A stretch of 64,000 bases of DNA, taken from positions 3,025 through 67,024 of the forward strand of contig JBAXGG010000001.1 of the NCBI GenBank assembly GCA_037139495.1. The letters run 5' to 3'. Source of the stretch: Candidatus Saccharimonadota bacterium (GTDB taxonomy: Bacteria; Patescibacteriota; Saccharimonadia; Saccharimonadales; JAUPVS01). The notes beneath the pieces are model-generated. The model was not told the DNA's origin, did no database searches, and saw only the letters and a list, made by a program, of their open reading frames with translations. Made by a program: the position numbers and the translations under genes. Every line of letters begins with the position of its first letter. Positions within the stretch are counted from its first letter, which is position 1. Below are positions 18,599-28,619 of the stretch, piece after piece.

Positions 18599-19738
18599 AT
18601 GGTCATTCATGCTTTTGAACATGCGTTGTCGATGGCTTTTGCGATGGGCTGGGAGATAATATGGCCGCTCATACTGGGTTTTGGGATATCTGGCGCGATT
18701 CAAGCAGTTGTTTCGCATCGCCAAATGAGCCAGTTGCTACCAGATGATAAGCCAAAAACTTTAGTTGTTGCGACAGCTTTGGGGGCAGCGTCCTCTTCTT
18801 GTTCTTACGCCGCCGTGGCCCTGGGCAGGTCGTTAGTTAAAAAAGGGGCTAACTTTACTGCGGCTATGGCTTTTGAGATTGCTTCAACAAACTTAGTTAT
18901 TGAACTGGGAATTATAATGGCGGTTTTATTAGGGTGGCAGTTTACCCTGGCCGAGTTTTTTGGTGGTCCGTTTATGATCATTGTCTTAGCTCTGTTATTT
19001 AAACGCTACCTAACTCCCAAAATGTTAGCTGTTGCTACCAAACAAGCTCAAAAAGGGCTGCCGGGTAAGATGGAAGGCCATGCCGTGATGGATGATATGG
19101 CAGTCGGCGGCAATAAATCGGTTTTTAAAAAATTATTATCATCAGATGGGAAAACCGCAACAAGTCACTTTTACGTTATGGACTGGGCTTCGGTCTGGGT
19201 TGATTTAGCTGTTGGCTTATTGATTGCGGGGGCAGTTGCCGCCTGGGTACCGTCAGAGTTCTTTCAGAAGCTATTTATAACTTCCCATCCGTTACTATCA
19301 GCTCTCTGGGGTCCAATAGTTGGCCCATTGATTGCAATAGTGTCATTTGTATGTAGTGTTGGAAATGTACCACTGGCGGCCGTTCTTTGGAATGGTGGTA
19401 TCAGTTTTGGAGGTGTGGTGGCCTTTATATTTGCTGACTTAATCGTTTTTCCTATCTTGCGCATCTACAAAAAGTATTACGGCGCTAAGATGGCGATCTT
19501 CTTATTTGTGACCTTTTATATTGCCATGGTAGCCGCCGGATATTTCGTTGAGCTGGTATTTTGGTTGTTACATCTGACGCCTACAATCCGCAATGCCAAA
19601 ATTTTGGAGCCAAGTATTACCCTCAACTACACCTCGGTGCTTAACATTATCTTCCTGCTGATAAGTACGGCCCTGGTTTGGCGATTTTTGTGTACCGGCG
19701 GCCCAAAAATGCTAAAGATGATGAACGGCAAGCACTAG
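18599..19738 (+). CDS. DUF318/ArsP-family permease (Rv2963-like)
   Basis: LGAASSSCSYAAVALGRSL, FEIASTNLVIELG, SFVCSVGNVPLAAVLW; start set at ATG 18599, 6 nt after TGTTATGAT. Confidence 0.88.
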   Translation: MVIHAFEHALSMAFAMGWEIIWPLILGFGISGAIQAVVSHRQMSQLLPDDKPKTLVVATALGAASSSCSYAAVALGRSLVKKGANFTAAMAFEIASTNLVIELGIIMAVLLGWQFTLAEFFGGPFMIIVLALLFKRYLTPKMLAVATKQAQKGLPGKMEGHAVMDDMAVGGNKSVFKKLLSSDGKTATSHFYVMDWASVWVDLAVGLLIAGAVAAWVPSEFFQKLFITSHPLLSALWGPIVGPLIAIVSFVCSVGNVPLAAVLWNGGISFGGVVAFIFADLIVFPILRIYKKYYGAKMAIFLFVTFYIAMVAAGYFVELVFWLLHLTPTIRNAKILEPSITLNYTSVLNIIFLLISTALVWRFLCTGGPKMLKMMNGKH

Positions 19739-20007
19739 CTTAGAGTTTTATCTATCGCAACATGCATTTATAATAGTTAAGTTGAGTAAACATTAACTAT
19801 GATTAATCTTGATTTGGGTCCGATAGACGATTGTTTCGATGCGATCCGTCAGGTCGACGAACACCATGCGGCGTAGGAACAAGCCCAAGCTTACTCTCAA
19901 TCATAGCAATTACTAAGCACCTAGTATTACCAAGTAACTTATGCTATAATTAGTGGGATTAAGTTAGGCGCTTACATCCGATAAGCGCTTTTTTATTAGG
20001 AAATTTT

Positions 20008-21840
20008 ATGGTCCAAACAACCCAAGATCCCACAAAAATTCGCAATATTGCAATTATCGCCCACGTTGACCATGGTAAAACTACCCTAGTAGACGGGCTT
20101 TTAAAGCAATCCCAGACTTTCCGCGACAACCAGGCCGAAATGAGCCAGGACCTAATTATGGACAGTGGCGATCAAGAAAAAGAGCGGGGGATCACTATCA
20201 CTGCTAAAGTCACGGCTGTTCAGCATGGTGATTACCGAATTAACATTATTGATACCCCTGGTCACGCTGACTTTAGTGGTGAAGTTGAACGGACTTTGAA
20301 TATGGCCGACGGCTGCATACTTATTGTTGATGCTCAAGAAGGCCCAATGCCGCAAACTAAGTTTGTTTTAAGTAAGGCTTTAGCCAATGAACTAAAACCA
20401 ATTGTTATCATCAACAAGATCGACAAAACCGCTAGTCGCGTTAAAGAGGTAGAAGATGAGCTAGCTGATCTTTTCCTAGAACTAGCCGTGCACGAAGACC
20501 AACTTCACTACCCAACCTATTACGCGATCGGTAGAGCCGGCAAAGCTTGGAAAACAATGCCAGCCGACTCAGACGTCGACGGCAACCTAGATGATGTTTT
20601 TGATGCTATTATCGAGCACATCCCAGCCCCGAAGATTAATGTCGATAAACCTTTCCAGATGCTAGTTACCGCTCTGGCTTGGGACACCTTTAAAGGTAAG
20701 TACGCCATTGGCAGGATTACTCAGGGCCATGTTCAAGCTGGCGATCCAGTTACTCTTTGCAAAAAAGACGGCACTTTTACAAAAGCCAAGATTGATCTTG
20801 TATTTATGAGTCATGGCATTAGCCGCTTTGAAGTCGATGGTGGGGTGGCCGGAGATATTGTTCAGCTGACTGGTGTAGCCGATGCCAAAATTGGCGAAAC
20901 TATTGCTGACGCCGATAACCCCGAGGCCCTACCTGTACTAGAAGTCGAAGCCCCGACGCTTAAAATTTATCTTGGCCCTAATACTAGCCCAATGAAGGGA
21001 CTAGAAGGGGAATTTACTACTTCTCGTCAGATTGGCGAACGTTTACAGAAAGAATTAGAAACTAATGTTGGTCTGCGCGTCGAGGATGAAGGCATAGGCT
21101 TTTTGGTCTCTGGCCGCGGTGAACTCCACCTTTCTGTTTTGATCGAAACCATGCGCCGCGAAGGTTATGAATTCGAAGTTGGCCGCCCGCAGGTTGTAAC
21201 CCGCGAAACTAACGGTTCCATCGAAGAACCACTTGAAGAAGTAATTATCGAAGTTCCGGCCGAACACGTCGGTACTGTCCAGATGGAACTGGGCAAACGC
21301 CGTGCTGTCCTAAAAGAACAGTTTGCGAGCCCTAAAGGCGTTACAAAGTTGGTCTATGAATTGCCAACTCGAGCTCTTTTGGGTATGCGTAACATCTTAT
21401 TGACGAATACCAAGGGTACTATCGTTATGAACAGCTTAATCATTGGTTATCAACCCCTAGGCAGTGCCTTACAGCAACTCCGTAGTGGTGTCTTAATTGC
21501 TTTCGAAACTGGCATTACCACTCCGTACGCATTGCAGAACGCTGAAGCTCGTGGTGTTACCTTTGTCGGCCCGGCTATTAAAGTTTATGCCGGTCAAATT
21601 GTCGGCCTCAACAGCCGCAATGAAGACATGGAAATTAACGTATGCAAGGGTAAGCATTTAACTAACATGCGTAGTTCCAGTAGTGACGGTGTCGTGCAGT
21701 TGACCCCCCCAATTACTTTTAGCCTCGAAGAGTGCCTCGACTTCATCGAAAACGACGAACTTTTGGAAGTCACGCCAGAGAGCTTGCGACTGCGTAAAAG
21801 GGAATTAGACCCTAGCAAACGCAAACGCGCTGCCAAGTAA
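20008..21840 (+). CDS. typA: Translational GTPase TypA/BipA
   Basis: [47 protein letters not shown]. Confidence 0.97.
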   Translation: MVQTTQDPTKIRNIAIIAHVDHGKTTLVDGLLKQSQTFRDNQAEMSQDLIMDSGDQEKERGITITAKVTAVQHGDYRINIIDTPGHADFSGEVERTLNMADGCILIVDAQEGPMPQTKFVLSKALANELKPIVIINKIDKTASRVKEVEDELADLFLELAVHEDQLHYPTYYAIGRAGKAWKTMPADSDVDGNLDDVFDAIIEHIPAPKINVDKPFQMLVTALAWDTFKGKYAIGRITQGHVQAGDPVTLCKKDGTFTKAKIDLVFMSHGISRFEVDGGVAGDIVQLTGVADAKIGETIADADNPEALPVLEVEAPTLKIYLGPNTSPMKGLEGEFTTSRQIGERLQKELETNVGLRVEDEGIGFLVSGRGELHLSVLIETMRREGYEFEVGRPQVVTRETNGSIEEPLEEVIIEVPAEHVGTVQMELGKRRAVLKEQFASPKGVTKLVYELPTRALLGMRNILLTNTKGTIVMNSLIIGYQPLGSALQQLRSGVLIAFETGITTPYALQNAEARGVTFVGPAIKVYAGQIVGLNSRNEDMEINVCKGKHLTNMRSSSSDGVVQLTPPITFSLEECLDFIENDELLEVTPESLRLRKRELDPSKRKRAAK

Positions 21841-21857
21841 GCATCTTAGCCTACATC

Positions 21858-21889
21858 TTGACTATTTTTGCAAATCGTGCTAATATAAT
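21858..21889 (+). promoter_or_regulatory. Sigma70-type promoter of the DEAD-box helicase gene
   Basis: TTGACT-17 nt-TAATAT (with overlapping TATAAT) and TG extension. Confidence 0.7.
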
Positions 21890-22005
21890 GGTATTGTTCA
21901 ATTGAATCCTAAGTTTGTACTTATTACTGAGGCTTCATCTGCGGCAATCATGGCCCTCAAAAGCTAAGTAATAATATTCTAAACAAACCAAAGGATTCTT
22001 TTTTT

Positions 22006-23187
22006 ATGGCCTACGCCTATCGTTCTCAAAATCATGCTCGTCGTACTAATAGTGGTGGTGGCAAACGCCGTCCTGGTGCTAAGTACATCGACCCAGCGCG
22101 CTTTGTTAAAGCTGCTAAACCAGTTACCGCCGAAACCGAATACATCCCAACGCATAAGTTCGTGGATTTCGAAATCAACCAGACTATCAAAAATAACCTG
22201 CTAGCCAAAGGTTTTACTACCCCAACGCCAATCCAGGACCAAACTATCATCCCAGCTCTAGCTGGTAAGGATGTTATTGGTATTGCAAACACAGGTACTG
22301 GTAAAACAGCTGCCTTCTCAGTGCCAATTTTAAACCGTCTCATGTCTGATCATAATGCCCGGGCCCTAATCGTGGCCCCGACTCGCGAACTAGCCCAGCA
22401 AATCGATGAAGATATTCGCTCAATTGCTAAGGGAAGTGGTTTGTTTGGTGCCGTCATCATAGGTGGGGCTCCAATTGGGCGCCAACTAAAGGACTTACGT
22501 TCTAATCCGCAAATAGTTATTGGTACGCCTGGTCGTATTAAGGATCACCTAGAACGCAAAACACTTAACCTAAGCCGTTTTAACATGATCGTTCTCGACG
22601 AGGTTGACCGAATGCTAGACATGGGCTTTGTAGACGATGTCCGTGAAATTTTAAGCAAGCTAGCGCCGGAACGTCAGTCGTTCTTCTTCTCAGCTACCTT
22701 AGACACTCGAGTTAATTCACTAATCCAGACTTTCTCTAAAGATCCAGTTACGATTTCGATAAAAACTGGTGAAACTACTGATACTGTTGACCAGAATGTA
22801 ATTAGCTACGGCGGTAATATCGAAAAGCTGGAAAAATTACATGATTTGCTGATTCAACCACACGTTACTAAGGCTATTGTATTCGATGAGACTCAACGTA
22901 GTGTCGAACGCTTAAGTAACGAACTAATCGACCGTGGCTTTGCTGCTGTATCGATTCATGGCGGTAAAAACCAAGGTCAACGCCAGCGCGCTTTAAGCCG
23001 CTTTAAGCTGAACGAAGTAACTGTGCTGGTTGCAACTGATGTTGCAGCCCGTGGTATTGATGTTAAAGACATTAGTCACGTAATTAATTATACTCAACCT
23101 CAAAGCTACGAAGATTACGTCCACCGAATTGGCCGTGCTGGCCGCGCCGGCAAAACTGGCTACGCCCTTACTTTTGTCAGCCGATAA
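22006..23187 (+). CDS. DEAD-box RNA helicase
   Basis: PTPIQ, ANTGTGKT, PTRELA, TPGR, DEVD, SAT, ARGID, HRIGRAGRAG. Confidence 0.96.
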   Translation: MAYAYRSQNHARRTNSGGGKRRPGAKYIDPARFVKAAKPVTAETEYIPTHKFVDFEINQTIKNNLLAKGFTTPTPIQDQTIIPALAGKDVIGIANTGTGKTAAFSVPILNRLMSDHNARALIVAPTRELAQQIDEDIRSIAKGSGLFGAVIIGGAPIGRQLKDLRSNPQIVIGTPGRIKDHLERKTLNLSRFNMIVLDEVDRMLDMGFVDDVREILSKLAPERQSFFFSATLDTRVNSLIQTFSKDPVTISIKTGETTDTVDQNVISYGGNIEKLEKLHDLLIQPHVTKAIVFDETQRSVERLSNELIDRGFAAVSIHGGKNQGQRQRALSRFKLNEVTVLVATDVAARGIDVKDISHVINYTQPQSYEDYVHRIGRAGRAGKTGYALTFVSR

Positions 23188-23360
23188 AAATATGCTGCTA
23201 AAACCACTTTATGTGGTATAATGTGTTTGCTAGAAATAAGCTGCTACATAACGTTAGTTATCTAGATCAATATAAGTTAAGTGTTTCTGAGGAGCAGCTA
23301 ACTGGAACTCGTTTTACGTGAGCCAGGTTACCTCCGAGCAACAAAAGGAGTTAATCATTA

Positions 23361-23627
23361 ATGGCTACTAAATTATTTGTCGGATCCCTATCATGGGGTG
23401 TTACAGACGACCAACTCAAAGATTTTTTCTCTGCAGCTGGCACCGTTGTATCTGCTAAGGTCATCACTGACCGTGACACAAACCGCTCAAAGGGCTTCGG
23501 CTTTGTTGAGATGTCTAGCGACGAAGAAGCCAAAGCTGCCGTTGACCAGCTCAACGACAAAGAGCTTGACGGCCGCAACATCAACGTTAGTGAAGCTCGA
23601 CCTCGAGAAGAACGACCTCGCTACTAA
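23361..23627 (+). CDS. RRM (RNP-1) RNA-binding protein
   Basis: KLFVGSL RNP2 and RSKGFGFVEM RNP1; AAGGAG SD. Confidence 0.95.
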   Translation: MATKLFVGSLSWGVTDDQLKDFFSAAGTVVSAKVITDRDTNRSKGFGFVEMSSDEEAKAAVDQLNDKELDGRNINVSEARPREERPRY

Positions 23628-23661
23628 TTAAAAATTAGCGAACGTTTAACGTTACAATAAT

Positions 23662-23685
23662 CCCACCGGCAACGGTGGGTTTTTT
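23662..23685 (+). terminator. Terminator after RRM gene
   Basis: CCCACCG-GCAA-CGGTGGG plus T6. Confidence 0.85.
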
Positions 23686-23718
23686 GTAATTACGGTATCG
23701 TGAGACAATTAGCCTAGT

Positions 23719-23952
23719 ATGAGTAAAAAGATTGAATATTTCCAAAAACCTAACTTACCATTGATTGTTTGGTTTGTCGCTATGATTTTGACCCATATTT
23801 TACCCTACGGTCAGCTGAATTTCGCGGCCTCTTTGATTGCTTTCGGTTCTTTGTTTACCTGGGCGTGGTTAGAAATATTTGATGGGGATAATAACTTTCG
23901 TCGCGTCCTTGGAGTGTTAGTGCTGGTTTTTATCATTGTTAACCGTTTGTAA
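23719..23952 (+). CDS. Small membrane protein
   Basis: 77 aa, three hydrophobic segments, PNLPL and WAWLEIFDGDNNFRR motifs. Confidence 0.7.
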   Translation: MSKKIEYFQKPNLPLIVWFVAMILTHILPYGQLNFAASLIAFGSLFTWAWLEIFDGDNNFRRVLGVLVLVFIIVNRL

Positions 23953-24000
23953 TATTACTGCTTGACGTTAGCAGGTAGGACTCCTAAGCTTACAAGTAAG

Positions 24001-25275
24001 ATGTTAGAAAAAGCCAGAAAAATTGTTGTTCGGTTCACCACTGGCAAAAAACCACACGAATTGTCTTCCGATGACGTACAAGCGGCTCGTCAATATATTA
24101 TGCATTACTGGAAAAAGCTACAACGATATCATCCGCATGATGATGAAACGCTTTTTGGTTTGCCTAAACCATACTTGGTACCAGCTTACGAAGAAGGACA
24201 TAGTTTTGATTTCAACGAGCTTTACTACTGGGACAGCTATTTTATGGTCCAGGGTTTTTTAACTAAAGGCCACAAGGATTTAGTGACCGGTATTTTGGAG
24301 GATTTAATTTCACTCCAAAAACGCCTTAAGATTATACCTAACGCATCAAGGACATATTTAACAGGCCGTTCCCAGCCGCCTTTGCTAACTAGCTTTATTT
24401 TTGACGTTTATGAGGCCTACGATATGGGCGACAAGTGGTTGGCTGAAAACATCGCAATATCTAAGGAGGAATACCATGGTGTCTGGATGGGAGTCACTAA
24501 ACCAAATGAACGTAGAATATATCGGGGCCTGAGCCGCTACTACGATATTAATTACTTACACGACTTAGCCGAAGCCGAGAGCGCCTGGGATATGACACCA
24601 CGCTTTGGCCGTAAAGCTTTGAATTATTTACCTGTTGACCTAAATGCCTTGCTCTACAAGTACGAGACTGATTTTGCCCGCGCCGCTGAGATTGCCGGCA
24701 ACCACAAAGAGGCGCAAACTTGGCTACATAGCGCTAAGGTTCGCAAAAAAACCATGGACGAGCTTATGTGGAGCCCTTCCAGGGACTTTTACTATGACTA
24801 CGATTTTGTTCGTAAACGCCGCGGATCGGTATCTTCCCTAGCTGGTTTCTATCCGATGTGGGCCGGGATGGTCGATAAGGACCAGGCTGCAGCATTGGTT
24901 CGTATGCTAAAACGATTTGAGCACAAAGGTGGACTGTCTACTACCGACCAGCAGTTTAATCAGCGCCTACCGGGTCAGATTCCTGGTAACGGCAATACTC
25001 CAACACAGTGGGCCTACCCTAATGGCTGGGCGCCACTTCACTACATTATTATACAGGCTTTAGAGCGTTACGGTTACCACTCTGACGCCCGCAGGATTGC
25101 TTTTAAGTGGCTAAAAACTAACCTTGATTGGTTCGACAATGAAGAAATCTTTTTGGAAAAATATAACGTCGTTAACCCCGAAAAGCCTCCGATAAAGGGT
25201 CTATATCCATCACAAACTGGCTTTGGCTGGACAAATGCTATCTTCGAGCGACTCTGCCAAGATTACATCGACTGA
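24001..25275 (+). CDS. Trehalase, GH37 family
   Basis: FNELYYWDSYF, IPNASRTY..RSQPP, AESAWD, PVDLNALL, QWAYPNGWAP, EKYNV, GFGWTN; ATG 24001 follows TTGACG-17 nt-TAAGCT. Confidence 0.92.
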   Translation: MLEKARKIVVRFTTGKKPHELSSDDVQAARQYIMHYWKKLQRYHPHDDETLFGLPKPYLVPAYEEGHSFDFNELYYWDSYFMVQGFLTKGHKDLVTGILEDLISLQKRLKIIPNASRTYLTGRSQPPLLTSFIFDVYEAYDMGDKWLAENIAISKEEYHGVWMGVTKPNERRIYRGLSRYYDINYLHDLAEAESAWDMTPRFGRKALNYLPVDLNALLYKYETDFARAAEIAGNHKEAQTWLHSAKVRKKTMDELMWSPSRDFYYDYDFVRKRRGSVSSLAGFYPMWAGMVDKDQAAALVRMLKRFEHKGGLSTTDQQFNQRLPGQIPGNGNTPTQWAYPNGWAPLHYIIIQALERYGYHSDARRIAFKWLKTNLDWFDNEEIFLEKYNVVNPEKPPIKGLYPSQTGFGWTNAIFERLCQDYID

Positions 25276-25970
25276 AAAGATGTGATGGGCATTATTTTGT
25301 CCTGAAGATTGACTATTGATGTATCGAAAGCATACTTTTCTTGATCAAGTAACATTATTGTTGCTACGCCAGAGGCAACTTTCAGTAAACCCGGACCATC
25401 TAAAACACTAACTCCGCAAGCTGTAACTTCTCGGTTATCGCTGATCGCATCAAATGAAACAGCAAACAAATCGAATGTGCTTAAGAAACCTGGTTCATGA
25501 TCTAAACTGTAACTAGGTTTGTTTACTATTCCAGCAGTATTTAATGGATTTAAAAGTCCCCTTACGCCAGATAATTTTGCATCTTTCCTGATTTTGGAGG
25601 CTGCTCTATCAAAAATGTTGTCAGACATATTGGCATGACTAATGCCAATTAAATTGAATAAGGAGATGCCGACGGCGCGTGCTACCATTACTTCATCAAG
25701 CTGTTTTGATCGGCGAGTTTCTTCGGTCATAGCATAGGCTTTAGCGCCAATGTATTGAATGACTTTAGTATAGTAAGTTGTAAAATCCAAATCTGGTGCA
25801 AAATTTGATTTCACAGATTCCACTTTTTCGCTAAGCAAGTGAGTGTAGAATCCTTTATGAATTCTAAATAGCTCTGCTTCCGAATAAGATAGAATGATAC
25901 TAGTCTTAGACTTTGCAACTTTTTCTGTTTGACGTAATTGCCTTGCCTCCGGTGAGCGAGTGAAATTCAT
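25263..25970 (-). CDS. Hypothetical protein (orphan)
   Basis: Long ORF; consensus promoter TTGACT-17 nt-TATAAT lies 7 nt before ATG 25970. Confidence 0.7.
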   Translation of the reverse strand: MNFTRSPEARQLRQTEKVAKSKTSIILSYSEAELFRIHKGFYTHLLSEKVESVKSNFAPDLDFTTYYTKVIQYIGAKAYAMTEETRRSKQLDEVMVARAVGISLFNLIGISHANMSDNIFDRAASKIRKDAKLSGVRGLLNPLNTAGIVNKPSYSLDHEPGFLSTFDLFAVSFDAISDNREVTACGVSVLDGPGLLKVASGVATIMLLDQEKYAFDTSIVNLQDKIMPITSFQSM

Positions 25971-26054
25971 AAAAAACATTATATCACTAATGGTCAGTAA
26001 AGTCAATGCATATAACCCCTTTAAGTTAAAGGCTTAACAGGTTAAAATGGTGAG

Positions 26055-27503
26055 ATGAACTATTATGTGACGACTTCTATCCCATATGTAAATGGCGACC
26101 CTCATCTCGGTCATGCTTTAGAGTTTTTGTATGGTGATATTCTGGCTAGGTATGCACGCAAGCAGGGCACCCCAGTTATTTTTAGTACTGGGACTGATGA
26201 GCACGGTGGCAAGGTAGCCGAAAAAGCTACCGAGTTAAAGATTACTCCGAAGGCTTTCGCTGATCAGATAAGCGAAAAGTTCCGTGATTTGCAAAAAGCT
26301 CTTAACATCAGTAATGATCGTTTTATCCGTACAACTGATCCGGCCCACGAACAAAGAGCTCAGATAATCTGGAAGGATTTATCCAAAGACATTTATAAGG
26401 GCAGCTATATAGGCTTGTATTGTACGGGTTGTGAATCTTTTGTTACCGAAGCAGTCGCCAAAGAGAATAAAAACGTTTGCCCGCATCACAATAAACCTTA
26501 TGAAAAAATCCAAGAAGAAAACTATTTTTTCAAACTCAGCAATTATGCCCCGCAAATTCTCAAAACAATTGAATCCGGGTCTTTCCGGGTAGTTCCAGCT
26601 ACTAAAAAGCACGAAATATTACAAGTGATCAAGGAGGGATTAGAGGATATAAGTATCTCTCGTCCTAAAGAAAAGATCTCTTGGGGAATTGCCGTCCCAG
26701 GTGACCCTAATCAGGTTATGTATGTTTGGTTCGAGGCCCTTATGAACTATATTACGGTTTTAGGCTACCCAGAGCATGCTGACTTTAAGAAGTTTTGGCC
26801 AGCTAACGTGCAAGTTATCGGTAAAGACATTCTACGCTTCCATGCTGCTATTTGGCCCGGCATGCTGCTTGGCCTGGGTCTGCCGTTACCAAAAATGCTG
26901 TACGCTCACGGTTTTGTTAGTATAGATGGCAAAAAGATGGGTAAAAGCCTAGGTAATAGCATTTCGCCTCACGAGATTATAGACAGGTATAGCGCCGATG
27001 TTTTCAGGTATTATTTTGCTCGCCATGTCCCCAGCTACGAAGACGGTGATTTCAATTGGAAACGGTTAGAAGCAGCCTATAACAATGAACTTGGCAATGA
27101 ACTTGGCAATGCTGTACAGAGAACGGTAGTACTCATTCAGAAGAACCTCAACGGAATTGTCGGCGACATCCCAGCCGCTAAACACGATATTGCAAAATAC
27201 CAAGCAGCTATCGAAGATTGTAAGTTCGATAGAGCCATGGACGAGGTCTGGGAGCAGGTACGAGGCTTGAACCAGTATATTGACGAAGAAAAGCCTTGGA
27301 TGGTCGCTAAACAAGGGGACGAAGGTCACCTACGCGAGATTTTGGCTTACCAAGTGAGCTGTTTGCTGGAGATTGCCAATATGCTTGAGCCATTTATGCC
27401 CGATACTGCTGCCAAAATTACTTATATATTTAAGGAAGGTGTCGTTCGACCACTAGACGGGACACTTTTCCCACGCACCGAGTCAGCTCCCAAGAAAGCC
27501 TAA
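26055..27503 (+). CDS. metG: Methionyl-tRNA synthetase (short form)
   Basis: PHLGH, GTDEHG, YVWFEAL, GKDILRFH, KMGKS. Confidence 0.96.
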   Translation: MNYYVTTSIPYVNGDPHLGHALEFLYGDILARYARKQGTPVIFSTGTDEHGGKVAEKATELKITPKAFADQISEKFRDLQKALNISNDRFIRTTDPAHEQRAQIIWKDLSKDIYKGSYIGLYCTGCESFVTEAVAKENKNVCPHHNKPYEKIQEENYFFKLSNYAPQILKTIESGSFRVVPATKKHEILQVIKEGLEDISISRPKEKISWGIAVPGDPNQVMYVWFEALMNYITVLGYPEHADFKKFWPANVQVIGKDILRFHAAIWPGMLLGLGLPLPKMLYAHGFVSIDGKKMGKSLGNSISPHEIIDRYSADVFRYYFARHVPSYEDGDFNWKRLEAAYNNELGNELGNAVQRTVVLIQKNLNGIVGDIPAAKHDIAKYQAAIEDCKFDRAMDEVWEQVRGLNQYIDEEKPWMVAKQGDEGHLREILAYQVSCLLEIANMLEPFMPDTAAKITYIFKEGVVRPLDGTLFPRTESAPKKA

Positions 27504-27506
27504 CAA

Positions 27507-28274
27507 ATGCAGTTTACTGACACGCATTGTCATATTCAATTTGCTGATTATCCACTCAATGCAGATAAGGTTATCGAAGATGCCCAGTTGGTTGGTGTTG
27601 ATCGACTATTGGTGGTTGGTTGCACTTTAGATGATAGCCAGGCTGGAATTGAACTGGCAGCCAAGCATCAGAATATGTGGGCCGCTATTGGTTTACACCC
27701 ACACGAAGCTAAAAACTACCAGATTGGTTCAAAGGAGCTGGTTAAGTTTGAGCAGTTAGCGACTCAGCCAAAGGTAGTGGCGATCGGTGAATCTGGACTG
27801 GACTATTACTACAACCATTCACCAAAGGCAGCTCAGCAGGAACTTTTACATTTTCAATTAAAACTCGCTCAGAAGCATAATTTACCGGTTATATTCCATA
27901 TTAGGGATGCTTTTGAAGATTTTTGGGCAATTGTTGATCAATACCCAGGTTTAAAGGGAGTCATCCATAGCTTCACAGCTACCAAAGCTGAGCTTGAGGA
28001 GGCCTTAAAAAGAGGACTTTTAATCGGCCTGAACGGCATCATGACCTTTACTAAGCAGGCAGATCAGCTGGCTATGGCAAAGGCAATACCACTTGATAAA
28101 TTAGTGCTTGAAACTGACGCTCCTTTCTTGACTCCGTATCCGTTCCGTGGTACAATCTGTCAGCCCAAACATGTTCGAGTAACGGCCGAGTTTTTAAGTC
28201 AACTGAGGGGAGAAACCCTCGAAACTATCGCTACGGCCACTACCCAGAACGCGGCACAACTATTTAAATTGTAA
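27507..28274 (+). CDS. tatD: TatD-family DNase
   Basis: DTHCH, GLHPH, IGESGLDY, ETDAPFL; follows metG. Confidence 0.93.
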   Translation: MQFTDTHCHIQFADYPLNADKVIEDAQLVGVDRLLVVGCTLDDSQAGIELAAKHQNMWAAIGLHPHEAKNYQIGSKELVKFEQLATQPKVVAIGESGLDYYYNHSPKAAQQELLHFQLKLAQKHNLPVIFHIRDAFEDFWAIVDQYPGLKGVIHSFTATKAELEEALKRGLLIGLNGIMTFTKQADQLAMAKAIPLDKLVLETDAPFLTPYPFRGTICQPKHVRVTAEFLSQLRGETLETIATATTQNAAQLFKL

Positions 28275-28286
28275 ACAAGAGGAAAT

Positions 28287-28619
28287 ATGCTCAATATACT
28301 GGACAGCCAAGAACAATCAATGCGCCGCCTGGCTAACCCCGAGGTTATTAACGAACGCGGTGATCACCGCAAGACAGCTGCCGATAATATACGAAGTGTT
28401 ATTGAGTGGCAATTTGGTGGTGAACTTAAGCAATATGGTGACCCAGTATCTGAAAGTGCCGGACTCATCCCAGTTGAGAAATTCAGTCAGATTGGTGACT
28501 TGGCTACACAGACCGGTTTGAGCAATATTGATTTGTCCCGAAAACTAGCTGCTCAGGCCCATGATGAGCAGGGTGTCCAAGATTTCCTAGGGGAAATAAG
28601 TGTTCCTGAAACTGTTTAA
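28287..28619 (+). CDS. Hypothetical protein
   Basis: 110-aa ORF with AGAGG SD in operon context. Confidence 0.65.
   Translation: MLNILDSQEQSMRRLANPEVINERGDHRKTAADNIRSVIEWQFGGELKQYGDPVSESAGLIPVEKFSQIGDLATQTGLSNIDLSRKLAAQAHDEQGVQDFLGEISVPETV

Noticed and set aside
26055-27503. KMGKS instead of KMSKS in MetRS
   Set aside because: A known variant in short MetRS enzymes; not unusual.
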